The position numbers and the translations under genes were made by a program. Below, piece after piece: positions 28,601-37,447 of a DNA stretch of 64,000 nucleotides; the stretch's first letter is position 1; each line of letters begins with the position of its first letter. This stretch comes from Thermoanaerobaculia bacterium (GTDB taxonomy: Bacteria > Acidobacteriota > Thermoanaerobaculia > Multivoradales > UBA5704). The notes under the pieces were generated by a model. The model saw only the letters and a list, made by a program, of their open reading frames with translations. It was not told the origin of the DNA and ran no database searches. Location: positions 5,370 through 69,369 of the forward strand of contig JBDSHF010000028.1 of the NCBI GenBank assembly GCA_039918595.1. Direction: 5' to 3'.

Positions 28601-28650
28601 TCGCCGAGATCCTGGCCCGGAGTACGAGCGGGCTAGAGAAGGATGGGTAG
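25642..28650 (+). CDS. Large TraD/HerA-like P-loop ATPase fused to a Pro-rich linker and a C-terminal nuclease-like (possible PD-(D/E)xK) domain
   Basis: Paralog of 17676-18890: HVHVVGASGTGKSTLLVSMI, DPHGD, FFLYLDEFHNLATP...VTVAHQDLYQL. Unique roughly 330-aa N-terminal region. Linker PAAPAPPERPRAEAPPRVEVP.... C-terminal block ESIDIALYRGDLKIACEVSV resembles a restriction-endonuclease-like core. Confidence 0.7.
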   Translation: MASRVEERTHHFFRWERRGRGRRSFLSPVSLEPPFTPFWFVKHAAPALDDGRHHTFLSAFLERFSGKREAPPPEPEIEEPEAEPGDEGEPVELRVLLPQELSVTAALSEGFLKSLAAVHTPLSLELVGIGGEVAVSLTSRRTAVPILSSQLRAFFPEVRLEEEEDLLLTAWESGVEGVFGAVELGLSREFMLPLGRPRNFTPDPLTAIVGALAETAPGEVVIVQVLFQGVRSPWAENIVRSVTTPSGEPFFADAPEVTKLAREKVSAPLFAVAVRVVARGATEERLWTLLSGSLGALVGATRGDNELVPLGTDDSTEILGDVLLRRTHRSGFLLSLPELLPLVHLPSPSIPGIARDTGRTKLLPEEAQEGGLFLGYNVHAGREREARLSTDARLRHVHVVGASGTGKSTLLVSMILQDIAAGHGVGVIDPHGDLIDHVLGGIPENRAADVILFDPADPEHVVGWNILSAHSEAEKDMLSSDLVAVFRRLSTSWGDQMTAVLAGAILAFLESERGGTLLDLRRFLVDQGFRREFLATVRDEYARDFWTREFPVLKGSPQASIVTRLDTLLRGKLVRGVVTARDKPLDFRGVVDDRRIFLAKLSQGAIGEENAALLGSLLVSKIHQVCLLRQDQAEGSRRPFFLYLDEFHNLATPSMATLFSGARKYRLGVTVAHQDLYQLHASVPEVERAVLGNAYTRICFRLGDEDARTLSAGFSFFTADDLGNLDTGRAICRVGRKEHDFNLSVVPMEHGDPEAHEARRRDVRARSLARWGAPRSAEPPAAPAPPERPRAEAPPRVEVPLAQPQPKRETAPPPSAPPPLPAQVQAPEPPPVEPRRPGKGGPEHTYLQELIKRWGEEKGFRAVVEEQIAGGRESIDIALYRGDLKIACEVSVTTPLEYEVGNVEKCLAAGFGTVAVVSLKKARLAKLGKLLDEAIPSESRAKVHLFTTEELLSWLEGQPVHEEVKTVRGWKVKVKYRDPGDDRMKRVAEILARSTSGLEKDG

Positions 28651-28662
28651 GTAGGTACTCTC

Positions 28663-28700
28663 CGGCGCCGCATCCCGCCACAGGGGCACCTTGTGGCGTC
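28663..28700 (+). terminator. Putative intrinsic terminator after the ATPase gene
   Basis: Hairpin cgccacagg-ggcac-cttgtggcg followed by tctttcc. Confidence 0.4.
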
Positions 28701-28791
28701 TTTCCGGCTACCATCGGCGCGCGTACGGTGGGCGAAGAGTGTTCTTCACACCTTCAACCCTCCGCGAGAGCGGATCTCTTTGGAGACAAGG

Positions 28792-30375
28792 ATGATGCGT
28801 CCCCGAACCCCTAACAGCGAAGGCAAACGGGTGGGGCTCTGGATCAGAGTCTCGACCGAAGACCAAGCACGGGGCGAGAGTCCCGAGCACCACGAAGCGC
28901 GCGCCCGGATGTATGCCGAGAGCAAGGACTGGACCGTCATAACGGTCTACCACCTCGAAGGCGTGTCAGGGAAGTCGGTCATGCAGCACCCCGAGGCACA
29001 GCGGATGCTTGCCGATGTCAGGCAAGGGTCGATCTCCGGCCTCATCTTCTCCAAGCTCGGCCGCCTAGCCCGGAACACGACCGAGCTACTGGAGTTTGCC
29101 GCGATCTTCGAGCAGCACGGTGCCGACCTCATTTCCCTCGGCGAGTCGATCGACACCTCCACTCCCGCCGGCCGTCTCTTCTACACCTTGATCGCCGCCA
29201 TGGCGACCTGGGAGCGAGAGGAGATCGCCTCTCGGGTCGCGGCTTCCGTGCCTATCCGGGCCAAGCTCGGGAAGAAGCTCGGCGGAGCCGCCCCCTACGG
29301 CTACGCCTGGAAGGACGGCAAGCTCGCCCCTGAAGAGAAAGAGGCGCCTGTCCGGAAGCTCATGTATGAACTCTTCCGACAGACCAAGCGCGTGCGGACG
29401 GTTGCCCGGCTCTTGAACGAGCAAGGATACCGGACCCGAAACGGAAGCCTCTTCACCCATGTCACGGTGCGGCGCCTCATCCTCGACCCCACCGCTAAGG
29501 GGGTACGCCGCGCCAACTACACCAAGAGCCTGGGTGACGGGAAGAAGTGGAAGCTCAAGCCCGAAAGCGAATGGGTAGAGCTGCCAGTCCCCCCGATCGT
29601 GGACGAAGCGGTCTGGGAATCGTGCGCCTCGATCCTCCGGGAGAGGGCGAACGGCCGCAAGCCCGGTCCCCGGACAGTCCACCTCTTCACTGGCGTTGTC
29701 TTCTGCCATTGTGGGCGGAAGATGTACGTGCCCTCGAACAACCCTAAGTGGATCTGCCAGGGGTGCCACAACAAGATCCCCATTCCGGACCTTGAGGCCG
29801 TCTTCGAAGAACGGCTTCAGGCGCTCGTCTTCTCCCCTGAGCAGTTTGACGTCCACCTTCGGGAAACAGAGGCGACGATCGAGGCAAAGCGGGAGGAGCT
29901 GGCAGTGCTACTGCGGGAAGAAGACTCCGTAAAGGCTGAGTCCGACAAGCTCTACCGCCTCTACCTCGAAGGGGGCCTCCCGGTCCCGGCCTTTCGGGAA
30001 AGGAACGATCCTCTGGAGGAGCGGAAAGAGCAACTGCGGCTCCAGATTCCCCGGCTCAAGGGAGAGATAGACTTCCTCGTGATACGGCAGCTCGGAAGTA
30101 CAGAGACTCTTGTCGAGGCCCAGACCCTCTACGAGAAGTGGGCGATCCTCTCCTTCGGGATCAAGCGGGAGATCGTCGAAACCATCGTGGAGCGGATCGA
30201 CGTCGGGGTGGGCGATGTCGAGATCACCCTCTCTTGCGACATACCCGAGCCCCCCGACTTCCCCCTTTCCCCTGAACTCATGGCAGAAGGGGAACGAATC
30301 TCCAGGGATTCATCGCGGCGAGCAGGGAAAACCGGGCCGGGAAGACCAGCCGGGCGCGGGCCCGCACGACGCTGA
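28792..30375 (+). CDS. Large serine recombinase (second copy); 3' end fused across the insertion junction into comM-derived sequence
   Basis: [11 protein letters not shown] catalytic motif. Resolvase and recombinase domains. C-x2-C...C zinc ribbon ([10 protein letters not shown]...CQGCHNK). Start chosen at MMRPRT. The last roughly 23 codons overlap the truncated comM on the opposite strand. Confidence 0.9.
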   Translation: MMRPRTPNSEGKRVGLWIRVSTEDQARGESPEHHEARARMYAESKDWTVITVYHLEGVSGKSVMQHPEAQRMLADVRQGSISGLIFSKLGRLARNTTELLEFAAIFEQHGADLISLGESIDTSTPAGRLFYTLIAAMATWEREEIASRVAASVPIRAKLGKKLGGAAPYGYAWKDGKLAPEEKEAPVRKLMYELFRQTKRVRTVARLLNEQGYRTRNGSLFTHVTVRRLILDPTAKGVRRANYTKSLGDGKKWKLKPESEWVELPVPPIVDEAVWESCASILRERANGRKPGPRTVHLFTGVVFCHCGRKMYVPSNNPKWICQGCHNKIPIPDLEAVFEERLQALVFSPEQFDVHLRETEATIEAKREELAVLLREEDSVKAESDKLYRLYLEGGLPVPAFRERNDPLEERKEQLRLQIPRLKGEIDFLVIRQLGSTETLVEAQTLYEKWAILSFGIKREIVETIVERIDVGVGDVEITLSCDIPEPPDFPLSPELMAEGERISRDSSRRAGKTGPGRPAGRGPARR

Positions 30376-31351
30376 CGTTCCCCTCTTCGAGCGGCTGGCG
30401 CAGGGCTTCCAGGGTGTCGCGCCGGAATTCCGGGAGCTCGTCGAGGAAGAGGACGCCGTTGTGGGCCAGGCTCGCCTCGCCCGGCCGCGGGTTGCTGCCG
30501 CCGCCGATCATCCCCGCCGTGCTGGTCCCGGTGTGCGGGCTGCGGAACGGCCGCTGGCGCAGCAGCCCCGCCGGCGGCTCCTCGGCCACCAGGGAGTGGA
30601 CCTTGGTGACCGCGATCGACTCCGCCAGGGTGAGCGGCGGCAGGATCCCCGGCAGGCGGCGGGCGAGCATGGTCTTCCCTGAGCCTGGAGGCCCGAGGAA
30701 GAGGAGGTTGTGGCCGCCGGCCGCGGCCACCTCCAGAGCCCGTTTCGCCATCTCCTGCCCCCGCACCTCGGAGAGGTCGGGCGCCCCCATCAGCAACTCA
30801 ATGGAAAAGGGGGGAGCCGGGACGGCCGGCAGCTCCGCCTCACCCGTAAGGTGCTGGACGGCCTCGGCAAGCCCCCGGAGACCGAAGACCGGGACGGCTT
30901 CGAGGGCAGCCGCCTCGGCGGCGTTGGCCGCCGGCAGCAGGACCTCGCGGACTCCCATGCGGCGCCCGAGGTCGGCGATGGCCAGACCGCCGCGCACGGA
31001 GCGGATGGCGCCGTCGAGCCCCAGCTCGCCGCAGATCAGCCGCCCGGCGAGGGCGTCCTGCGGGATCTGCTCGTAGGCCGCGAGCATCGCCAGGGCAATG
31101 GCGAGGTCGAGGTGGTTGCCCTCCTTGCGGAGGTCGGCCGGCGCGAGATTGATGATGATGGACTTGGGTTCCAGGTCGAAGCCGCAGTTTTTGATCGCGG
31201 CGCGCACCCGCTCGCGGCTCTCGCGGACCGCGGCATCGGCAAGTCCCACGATCTGAATCTGCGGGAGTCCGTTCTGGACGTCGACCTCTACCTGGACGGG
31301 GCGTGCTTCGATCCCCCATGGCGTGGCGGTGGTGGCTCTGGCTAGCATCAA
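30278..31351 (-). pseudogene. comM: comM/yifB (Mg-chelatase-like AAA+ ATPase) truncated after about 350 aa by insertion of the mobile element
   Basis: N-terminal Lon-like domain. Walker A GPPGSGKT. Walker [11 protein letters not shown]. Ends ...AAMNP followed by unrelated residues. The Mg_chelatase C-terminal domain (CPCG motif) that normally follows is missing. comM is a well-known integration hotspot. Confidence 0.65.
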
Positions 31352-31461
31352 CCCAGATAAGACGTAAAATCCACCTCCAATCTTCTTCGCCCTAGAACGG
31401 CGGGGGTTTGCGGACCCCCTTTTGATCTACTTCGAAACTTCATGAAACGAAAGAATAGACT

Positions 31462-32619
31462 GTGAACGTCCTCGTCGTCGCCACCAAAGCGCCCTGGCCG
31501 GCGATCGACGGCGGGCGCTTCCTGCTCCTCAACACCCTCCGGGGCCTTACCGGAGCAGGCTGCCACGTCACGCTGGTGGCACCGGTCGATCCGGCGCGGT
31601 TCGAGCTCTCCGAGGTCGCTCGCGAGCTCTCCGCCGTCTGTACACCGGCGCTGGTCCCGGCGTCTCCCTTGCCCCCCGCGGTGGCGCTGCTCCGTTCCGG
31701 CGGAACGCCGTTGTCGATCGCCCGCCACTCGCTCCCCGCCGTGCGGCGTGAGGTGGAGCGCCGGATCGCGGCGGAGCGCTTCGACCTCGTCCACGCCGAG
31801 CAGCTCCAGGCGCTGCCGCAGGCCGAGCCCGCCTACGCCCGGCGGATTCCAGTGGTGCTGCGGGCGCAGAACGTGGAGAGCGATCTCTGGGCGGCCACGG
31901 CCCGGCAGGGGAGAGGGCCGCGGGGACTCCTACTGCGCCGGGAAGCGAAGAAGCTGGCGGCCTGGGAAGGGAGCGCGGTCCGCCGGGCCGCCGCGACTCT
32001 GGCGCTGACGGCGGAGGACGCGGCCCGATTGCGCGAGTTGGCCGGCGGAGAAGGGCGAGTCGCGGTCGTCCGCGCGGCCTTCCCGGATCTCCCTCCGGGA
32101 ACGGGACGGCTGGAAGGCGATCCGGCGGTGACGGTCTTCGGCAGCCGAGGGTGGCTGCCCAATGAGGAGTCGACCGCCTGGTTCGCCGCCGAGGTCTGGC
32201 CCGCCGCGCGCGCCGAGTCTCCTGGCGCGGTCCTCCATCTCTTCGGATCAGAAGCGCCCGGCGCCGTTTCACACCCTTCGCCGGCCGATAGCAGCGAGGT
32301 CTACGCGCCGGGCTCGATCCTCGCCGTCCCCCTGCGCATCGCCTCCGGGGTACGTATCAAGATCCTGGAAGCCTGGGCCCGCGGCATCCCGGTGGTCGCG
32401 ACCCCCGCCGCCCTCGCCGGCCTGGAGGCGGAGGATGGGCGGGAGGCCCTGGTCGCCCGCGATGCAGGAGAGTTTGCCGTCGCGATCGGCCGGATTCACC
32501 GCGATCCCGCGCTCGCCGCGGCGCTCGTCGAAGCGGGCCACCGGGCGCGGCGGGAGCGGCATGATCCAGGAGCGGTGGCGCGGAGGTTGATGGAGGAATA
32601 TGAGAAGGCGGCGGGTTAA
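31462..32619 (+). CDS. Glycosyltransferase family 1 (GT4-like)
   Basis: C-terminal RIKILEAWARGIPVVATP...GLEAEDG (E-x7-E region) is typical of GT-B GT4 enzymes. Confidence 0.7.
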   Translation: MNVLVVATKAPWPAIDGGRFLLLNTLRGLTGAGCHVTLVAPVDPARFELSEVARELSAVCTPALVPASPLPPAVALLRSGGTPLSIARHSLPAVRREVERRIAAERFDLVHAEQLQALPQAEPAYARRIPVVLRAQNVESDLWAATARQGRGPRGLLLRREAKKLAAWEGSAVRRAAATLALTAEDAARLRELAGGEGRVAVVRAAFPDLPPGTGRLEGDPAVTVFGSRGWLPNEESTAWFAAEVWPAARAESPGAVLHLFGSEAPGAVSHPSPADSSEVYAPGSILAVPLRIASGVRIKILEAWARGIPVVATPAALAGLEAEDGREALVARDAGEFAVAIGRIHRDPALAAALVEAGHRARRERHDPGAVARRLMEEYEKAAG

Positions 32620-33554
32620 AACTCCCCCACCAGCGAAATCTCCACCTCCAACCGATATCCCGTCTCCTTCTCGACCCCCTTCTGGCAACGGGCGATCAGC
32701 GCCCGCACGTCCGCCGCGGTGGCGCCTCCGGTATTGATGAAGATGTTGGCGTGGCGCTGGGTGATCATGGCGCCGCCGATGCGCGTGCCCTTCAAACCGC
32801 ACTGGTCGATCAGGCGGCCGGCACCGATCCCCTCGATCTTCTTGAAGATGGAGCCGGCGCTCGGCTCGGTGTCCAGGGGCGGGTGGCGCTCGTGGCGCCA
32901 CTGGAGGTTCTCCTCGACGATCCGCCGCATCCGCTCCGGGTCCTCCGGCGCTAGCTGAAAAGTGGCGGCGAGCACCACGTCCGGCCGGTGGTGGAGGACC
33001 GAAGTGTCGTAGCCGAATTCGAAGTAGTCGACGCCCACCGTCCGGCGCTTCCCCTCCGCGGTCAGGATCTCCGCTCCCTTCGTCACCTCGGCGATGAACA
33101 TCGTCCGCTCGCGGGCCGGGGCGGGGGAGAGGAAATGAAGGTTCTGCCAGAGCGCGCCCCCCACGGTCGAGGGGATGCCCACGTAGTGCTCCAGCCCGGA
33201 GAGGCCGTGCGCGGTCGCCGCCTCGATCAGATCGGGCCAGACGATCGCTCCGCTCTCGGCGCGCACCGTCCCCTCCCCGGGGGAGAATTCGAGATGCCGC
33301 GCCAGGTTCCGGATCACCAATCCCCGGAACCCGCGGTCGCCGATCAGGATGTTGGCGCCCAGCCCGAGCAGGAAGAATGGAACTCCGTGATCGCGGGCGG
33401 CGAGGAGGGCCGCCGCCAATTCGTCCGCCGTCGCCGGCTCATAGAAGAGGTCGGCCGGACCGCCGATCTTGAAGGTGGTATAGGGGGCCAGGACCTCGCC
33501 GGTCCGCACCCGGTCCGGTCCCAGCGCCCGGCGGAGGGCCTCGTACCCCTTCAC
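32616..33554 (-). CDS. murB: UDP-N-acetylenolpyruvoylglucosamine reductase
   Basis: FAD-binding N-terminus with KIGGPADLF and GLGANIL. MurB C-terminal domain GIPSTVGGALWQN. Confidence 0.85.
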   Translation of the reverse strand: MKGYEALRRALGPDRVRTGEVLAPYTTFKIGGPADLFYEPATADELAAALLAARDHGVPFFLLGLGANILIGDRGFRGLVIRNLARHLEFSPGEGTVRAESGAIVWPDLIEAATAHGLSGLEHYVGIPSTVGGALWQNLHFLSPAPARERTMFIAEVTKGAEILTAEGKRRTVGVDYFEFGYDTSVLHHRPDVVLAATFQLAPEDPERMRRIVEENLQWRHERHPPLDTEPSAGSIFKKIEGIGAGRLIDQCGLKGTRIGGAMITQRHANIFINTGGATAADVRALIARCQKGVEKETGYRLEVEISLVGEF

Positions 33555-33982
33555 GGCTCGTCGATCATCTGGATCCGCCGGACGTGCCGGCCCCCCTCGA
33601 ACGGGGTGTCGAGCCAGATCTGCACGATGGAGAGGGCGAGCTCGATCGGCATCATCCGCTGACCGAGGGAGAGCATGTTGGCGTCGTTGTGCTGGCGGCC
33701 GAGCTGGGCGGACTCCTCATTCCAGCAGAGGACGCAGCGGATGCCGCGCACGCGGTTGGCGGTGATCGCCTCGCCGTTCCCCGAGCCGCCGAGCACGATC
33801 CCGCGCTCGACCTTGCCCGCCGCCACCGCCAGGGCGACCGGCCGGATGAACGCCGGATAGTCGACGGTCATCTCCGATTTCGTCCCGAAGTCCTGCACCT
33901 CGTGGCCGCGTTTGGCGAGGTACTTCTTGATCTCTTCCTTATAGCGATAGCCGGCGTGGTCGGAGCCGATGCCGATCTTCAT
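33551..33982 (-). CDS. rpiB: Ribose-5-phosphate isomerase B
   Basis: MKIGIGSDHAGY...RGIVLGGSGNGEAITANRVRGIRC is the RpiB/LacAB signature. Confidence 0.85.
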   Translation of the reverse strand: MKIGIGSDHAGYRYKEEIKKYLAKRGHEVQDFGTKSEMTVDYPAFIRPVALAVAAGKVERGIVLGGSGNGEAITANRVRGIRCVLCWNEESAQLGRQHNDANMLSLGQRMMPIELALSIVQIWLDTPFEGGRHVRRIQMIDEP

Positions 33983-34036
33983 CTTGCACTCCTTGGAATG
34001 GACTACGGTTCGGGTCCAGGATTGTACGCCAAGTCG

Positions 34037-34836
34037 CTATAACTCCGCCGTATGGCCCCGCCGCCGCACCTCGAACAGCACCAGCGCCGCCGCCACCGTC
34101 GCGTTGAGCGACTCCACCGCCGCCGCCATCGGGATCGTCAAGCGCAGGCCGGCGCGATCGAGGAGGGCGGGGGAGAGGCCCGGGCCCTCGGCGCCCACGG
34201 CGAGGACCAGGGTACCCGCGAGTGGGGCGTGATAAAGATCCTCGCCGTCGCGGGGGACGAGGGCGGCCCAGCGCGGGTGGGCGGCGGCGAGATGGGCGTC
34301 CAAGGCTTCGGGCTCGACGCCCACCGCCACCGGCAGGCGCAGGAGGCTGCCGGCCGAGGCGCGGAGGGCGCGGGGGTGGTTCGGGTGGACGCAGCCGGGG
34401 GAGAGAGCGAGGCCCGCGGCGCCGGCCGCCTCGGCCACGCGGGCGAGAGCGCCGAGGTTGCCCGGGTCCTGGAGGCCATCCAGATAAAGGTAGGGGCGGT
34501 CCGTCTCGACCGGCAGGGACGCGACCCCGGAGCGGGGGAGGAGAGCCACGGCGAGGAGGCCGCGAGGGGAGTCGGCGTCGGTCAGCTCGTCCAGGACCTC
34601 GGGGCTCACCTCCAGCGGCGACCCCGCCAGCCCCGGCAGCCTCGACAGCAGATGGGCGAGCCGCCGCCCTTCGGGGGTGTCCAGGAAGCCGGGGGTCGCC
34701 AGCACCTCCTCGAGAACGAGACCCGCCGCCAGGGCTTCCGCGACGAGATGAGGCCCCTCGAGCAAGGCGCGGTCGCCTTTACTTCGCCGGAGCCGCCGAA
34801 TATCCTTGACCCTTTGGTTGTGACGACTGGAGATCA
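34037..34836 (-). CDS. TrmH/SpoU-family RNA 2'-O-methyltransferase
   Basis: SpoU_methylase motifs LYLDGLQDPGNLGALARVAEAAG and VGAEGPGLS...ESLNATVAAAL. Start at MISSRHN; the upstream ORF extension is non-protein-like. Confidence 0.7.
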
Positions 34837-35429
34837 TGAGCACGGATCTTAAGAACTTCTGGCAAAGGCTCCAAGCGGGCGTCGAGGTGGCGGTGGCGGG
34901 CCACGCTTCGGACAAGCTTCTCGGGGTGCGCGACGGCTTCCTCCGCTTCTTCCACGACGGCATGGACCGCACGCTGTCGGTCGTCGTGGTGCCGCAGTCG
35001 GTGGAGGAGGAGCCGGTGGGTCTCCTGGTATCGGACGAAGAGGTGGTGCGCGAGGCCCGCAAGAAGGCGATCGGGCTCGAGGAGAGGCTGCGCGACACCT
35101 ACCATTTCTACATCTCCAGCGAGGGGGGCATCGAGTCTCTCGAGGTGGATGGCGGCCAACGTTACTTCGTACGCAACTGGACCGTCCTGCGCAGCCCACT
35201 GGGCGAGGCCTGGGGTTCCAGCGGCGCGGTGCAGCTACCGGATCGCCTGGTGTCAGGGCTCGACAGCGCCCAGATCCCCTTCGCCGTGCCGGGTACCCGG
35301 CGCAGCGGCGGCATCATGAGCTCGCTCACCGGCGGGCTGGAGACACGGCGCAAAAACATCGCCCTGTCCACCTTCCACGCGTTGTCGACACTCTTCTATG
35401 GGGTCCTGGAGAGCCGTCCCATCCGTTGA
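34836..35429 (+). CDS. YjjX-like non-canonical purine NTP phosphatase (inosine/xanthosine triphosphatase family)
   Basis: C-terminal SGGIMSSLTGGLETRRKNIALSTFHAL aligns with the YjjX [22 protein letters not shown] block. Confidence 0.5.
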   Translation: MSTDLKNFWQRLQAGVEVAVAGHASDKLLGVRDGFLRFFHDGMDRTLSVVVVPQSVEEEPVGLLVSDEEVVREARKKAIGLEERLRDTYHFYISSEGGIESLEVDGGQRYFVRNWTVLRSPLGEAWGSSGAVQLPDRLVSGLDSAQIPFAVPGTRRSGGIMSSLTGGLETRRKNIALSTFHALSTLFYGVLESRPIR

Positions 35430-35527
35430 TGCCGGGTCGACGCGCGCGTTTGACCCATTTTTCACCAGTTGGTAGCATTCACGACAAGCCCCGTGTCTGA
35501 TCCGAACGTCACGCTAGAGGTGCGAAC

Positions 35528-36706
35528 ATGAGCGAACGAGATATCCACCTGTTCACGTCGGAGTCCGTGACCGAAGGTCATCCGGACAAAGTGGCCGACC
35601 AGATTTCCGATGCCGTCCTCGACGAGGTCCTGCGCCAGGATCCGCGAGGCCGTGTGGCGTGCGAGACCCTGGTGACCACCGGCACGGTCTTCCTCGCCGG
35701 CGAGATCACCACCAACGCCTACGTCGATTTTCCCGGTGTCGCCCGGCGGGTGGTGCGTGAGATCGGCTACACCCGGGCCGAGTTCGGCTTCGACTACGCC
35801 ACCTGCGGCGTGCTGTCGGCGATCGACCCGCAGTCGCCCGACATTGCCCAGGGGGTGGACACCGGCGGTGCCGGCGACCAGGGGCTGATGTTCGGCTTCG
35901 CCTGCCGCGAGACGCCCGAGCTGATGCCGCTGCCGATCGCCCTCGCCCACAAGCTGACCAACCGTCTCGCCAAGGCGCGCAAGTCGGGCGCCCTCCCCTG
36001 GCTGCGGCCGGACGGCAAGAGCCAGGTGACCATCGAGTACGAGGGGACCCTCCCGGTGCGGGCGCACACGGTGGTCATCTCGACGCAGCACGATCCCGAG
36101 GTCTCCAACGAGCAGATCCGCGACGAGGTGATCGAGCAGGTCATCAAGGTCGAGGTCCCGGCGGAGCTCCTGGACGAGCGGACGATCTACCACATCAATC
36201 CGACCGGCCGGTTCGTGATCGGCGGTCCGCAGGGGGACTGCGGCCTGACCGGCCGCAAGATCATCGTCGACACCTACGGCGGCTACGGCCGGCACGGTGG
36301 CGGTGCCTTCTCGGGGAAGGATCCGACAAAAGTCGACCGCTCGGCCTGCTACATGGCCCGGCACGTCGCCAAGAATCTGGTGGAGGCCGGGATCGCCGAG
36401 CGCGTCGAGGTGCAGCTCGCCTATGCGATCGGCGTCGTCGAGCCGGTGTCGATCCGGGTGGACTCCTTCGGCACGGGGGTGATCGGCGACCGCCAGATCG
36501 AGCGCCTGGTGCGCGAGCACTTCCCGCTTTCGCCGCGGGGCATCATCGAGGACCTCGACCTGCGCCGCCCGATCTACCAGCAGACGGCGGCCTATGGCCA
36601 CTTCGGCCGCAGCGGCAAGGACTTCCCCTGGGAGAGCACCCACCGGGCGGCCGACCTGCGCGCCGCGGCCGGTCTCGAAGGGGTCCCGCTGGCCGTTTCC
36701 GCCTGA
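35528..36706 (+). CDS. metK: S-adenosylmethionine synthetase
   Basis: [24 protein letters not shown] and [17 protein letters not shown] signatures. Confidence 0.95.
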   Translation: MSERDIHLFTSESVTEGHPDKVADQISDAVLDEVLRQDPRGRVACETLVTTGTVFLAGEITTNAYVDFPGVARRVVREIGYTRAEFGFDYATCGVLSAIDPQSPDIAQGVDTGGAGDQGLMFGFACRETPELMPLPIALAHKLTNRLAKARKSGALPWLRPDGKSQVTIEYEGTLPVRAHTVVISTQHDPEVSNEQIRDEVIEQVIKVEVPAELLDERTIYHINPTGRFVIGGPQGDCGLTGRKIIVDTYGGYGRHGGGAFSGKDPTKVDRSACYMARHVAKNLVEAGIAERVEVQLAYAIGVVEPVSIRVDSFGTGVIGDRQIERLVREHFPLSPRGIIEDLDLRRPIYQQTAAYGHFGRSGKDFPWESTHRAADLRAAAGLEGVPLAVSA

Positions 36707-36747
36707 CCTGGGCCGGCATTCGCGTCCCATTCCGGCACCGGTTTGTG

Positions 36748-36781
36748 ACGGCGGCCTCGCGGGGCCGCCGTTTCGTTTTCG
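36748..36781 (+). terminator. Intrinsic terminator after metK
   Basis: Stem cggcggcc/ggccgccg followed by tttcgttttc. Confidence 0.5.
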
Positions 36782-36895
36782 CATCCTGATCGCCGTCCGG
36801 ATCGGGAGTCCTTTCCGGGACCCGATAGATTCCCGGTCCACTATGGACAGTGGGCGAACGGGGTGTTAGCCTAGCGGCTGTCGACGGCAAACAAC

Positions 36896-37447
36896 GTGGC
36901 TATGGCAACTCTTGACCATCCTGAACTGCGGGAATCGCTCAACATTCTGCTGAAGAGCTCCAGGCCACGCCTGGAGCGCGTTCTCAGGAACTTCGAGATT
37001 CCACCCGAAGACGCCGAGGACATTCTGCAGGATGCGCAACTGACTCTGCTCTACAAGTGGGACAAGATCCGCAGTCCCGAGAGCTGGTTGATCGGGACGG
37101 TCAAGAAGAAGTGCATCATGTACTGGCGCAAGCGCCGGGGGAGCCTCTGCGAGGCTGTGGATACGGCCATCCTCGACCTGCTCGCCGTCCCCCAGGCACC
37201 GGATCAGGAAAAGACCGAGCTGACGTACGACCTCAACCGGGTGATGTTGCGCCTGTCGACCCGCTGCCGCTCGCTGCTCAATTTGCGCTACGGTCTCGGC
37301 TACGGCCCGACCGAGGTCGCGGAGCAGATGGGCTACCGCACATCCAGCATCCGCAAGGTCACCAATCGCTGTCTCGCGGCTCTCACCCGGCAGCTCCTGG
37401 CGGTCGGGTTCGATCAGGAGCCGCAGGGGGAGCCCCACGATGAATAA
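36896..37447 (+). CDS. ECF-type RNA polymerase sigma factor (sigma-70 regions 2 and 4)
   Basis: Region 2: DAEDILQDAQLTLLYKWDKI. Region 4 HTH: RCRSLLNLRYGLGYGPTEVAEQMGYRTSSIRKVTNRCLAAL. Confidence 0.8.
   Translation: MAMATLDHPELRESLNILLKSSRPRLERVLRNFEIPPEDAEDILQDAQLTLLYKWDKIRSPESWLIGTVKKKCIMYWRKRRGSLCEAVDTAILDLLAVPQAPDQEKTELTYDLNRVMLRLSTRCRSLLNLRYGLGYGPTEVAEQMGYRTSSIRKVTNRCLAALTRQLLAVGFDQEPQGEPHDE

Larger units (their letters stand above)
1..30305. mobile_element. Integrative mobile element(s) (serine-recombinase type) inserted in comM. Right junction is about 30300-30305. Left end was not found in the window. The core 12.6-30.3 kb is certain; 1-12.6 kb is probable MGE cargo or a tandem second element.
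   Basis: Two large serine recombinases. ArdC, SymE-like and HicB-like genes. A primase/helicase module. TraD-like ATPases. A low-GC cargo block. comM interrupted at the right edge. The comM 3' remnant is not found anywhere to the left. Confidence 0.45.

Noticed and set aside
36594-36869. 91-aa ORF upstream of the first sigma gene as another secreted peptide
   Set aside because: It has no signal-peptide-like hydrophobic N-terminus, its composition is Arg/Pro-rich, and it overlaps the metK terminator region. It is likely non-coding.
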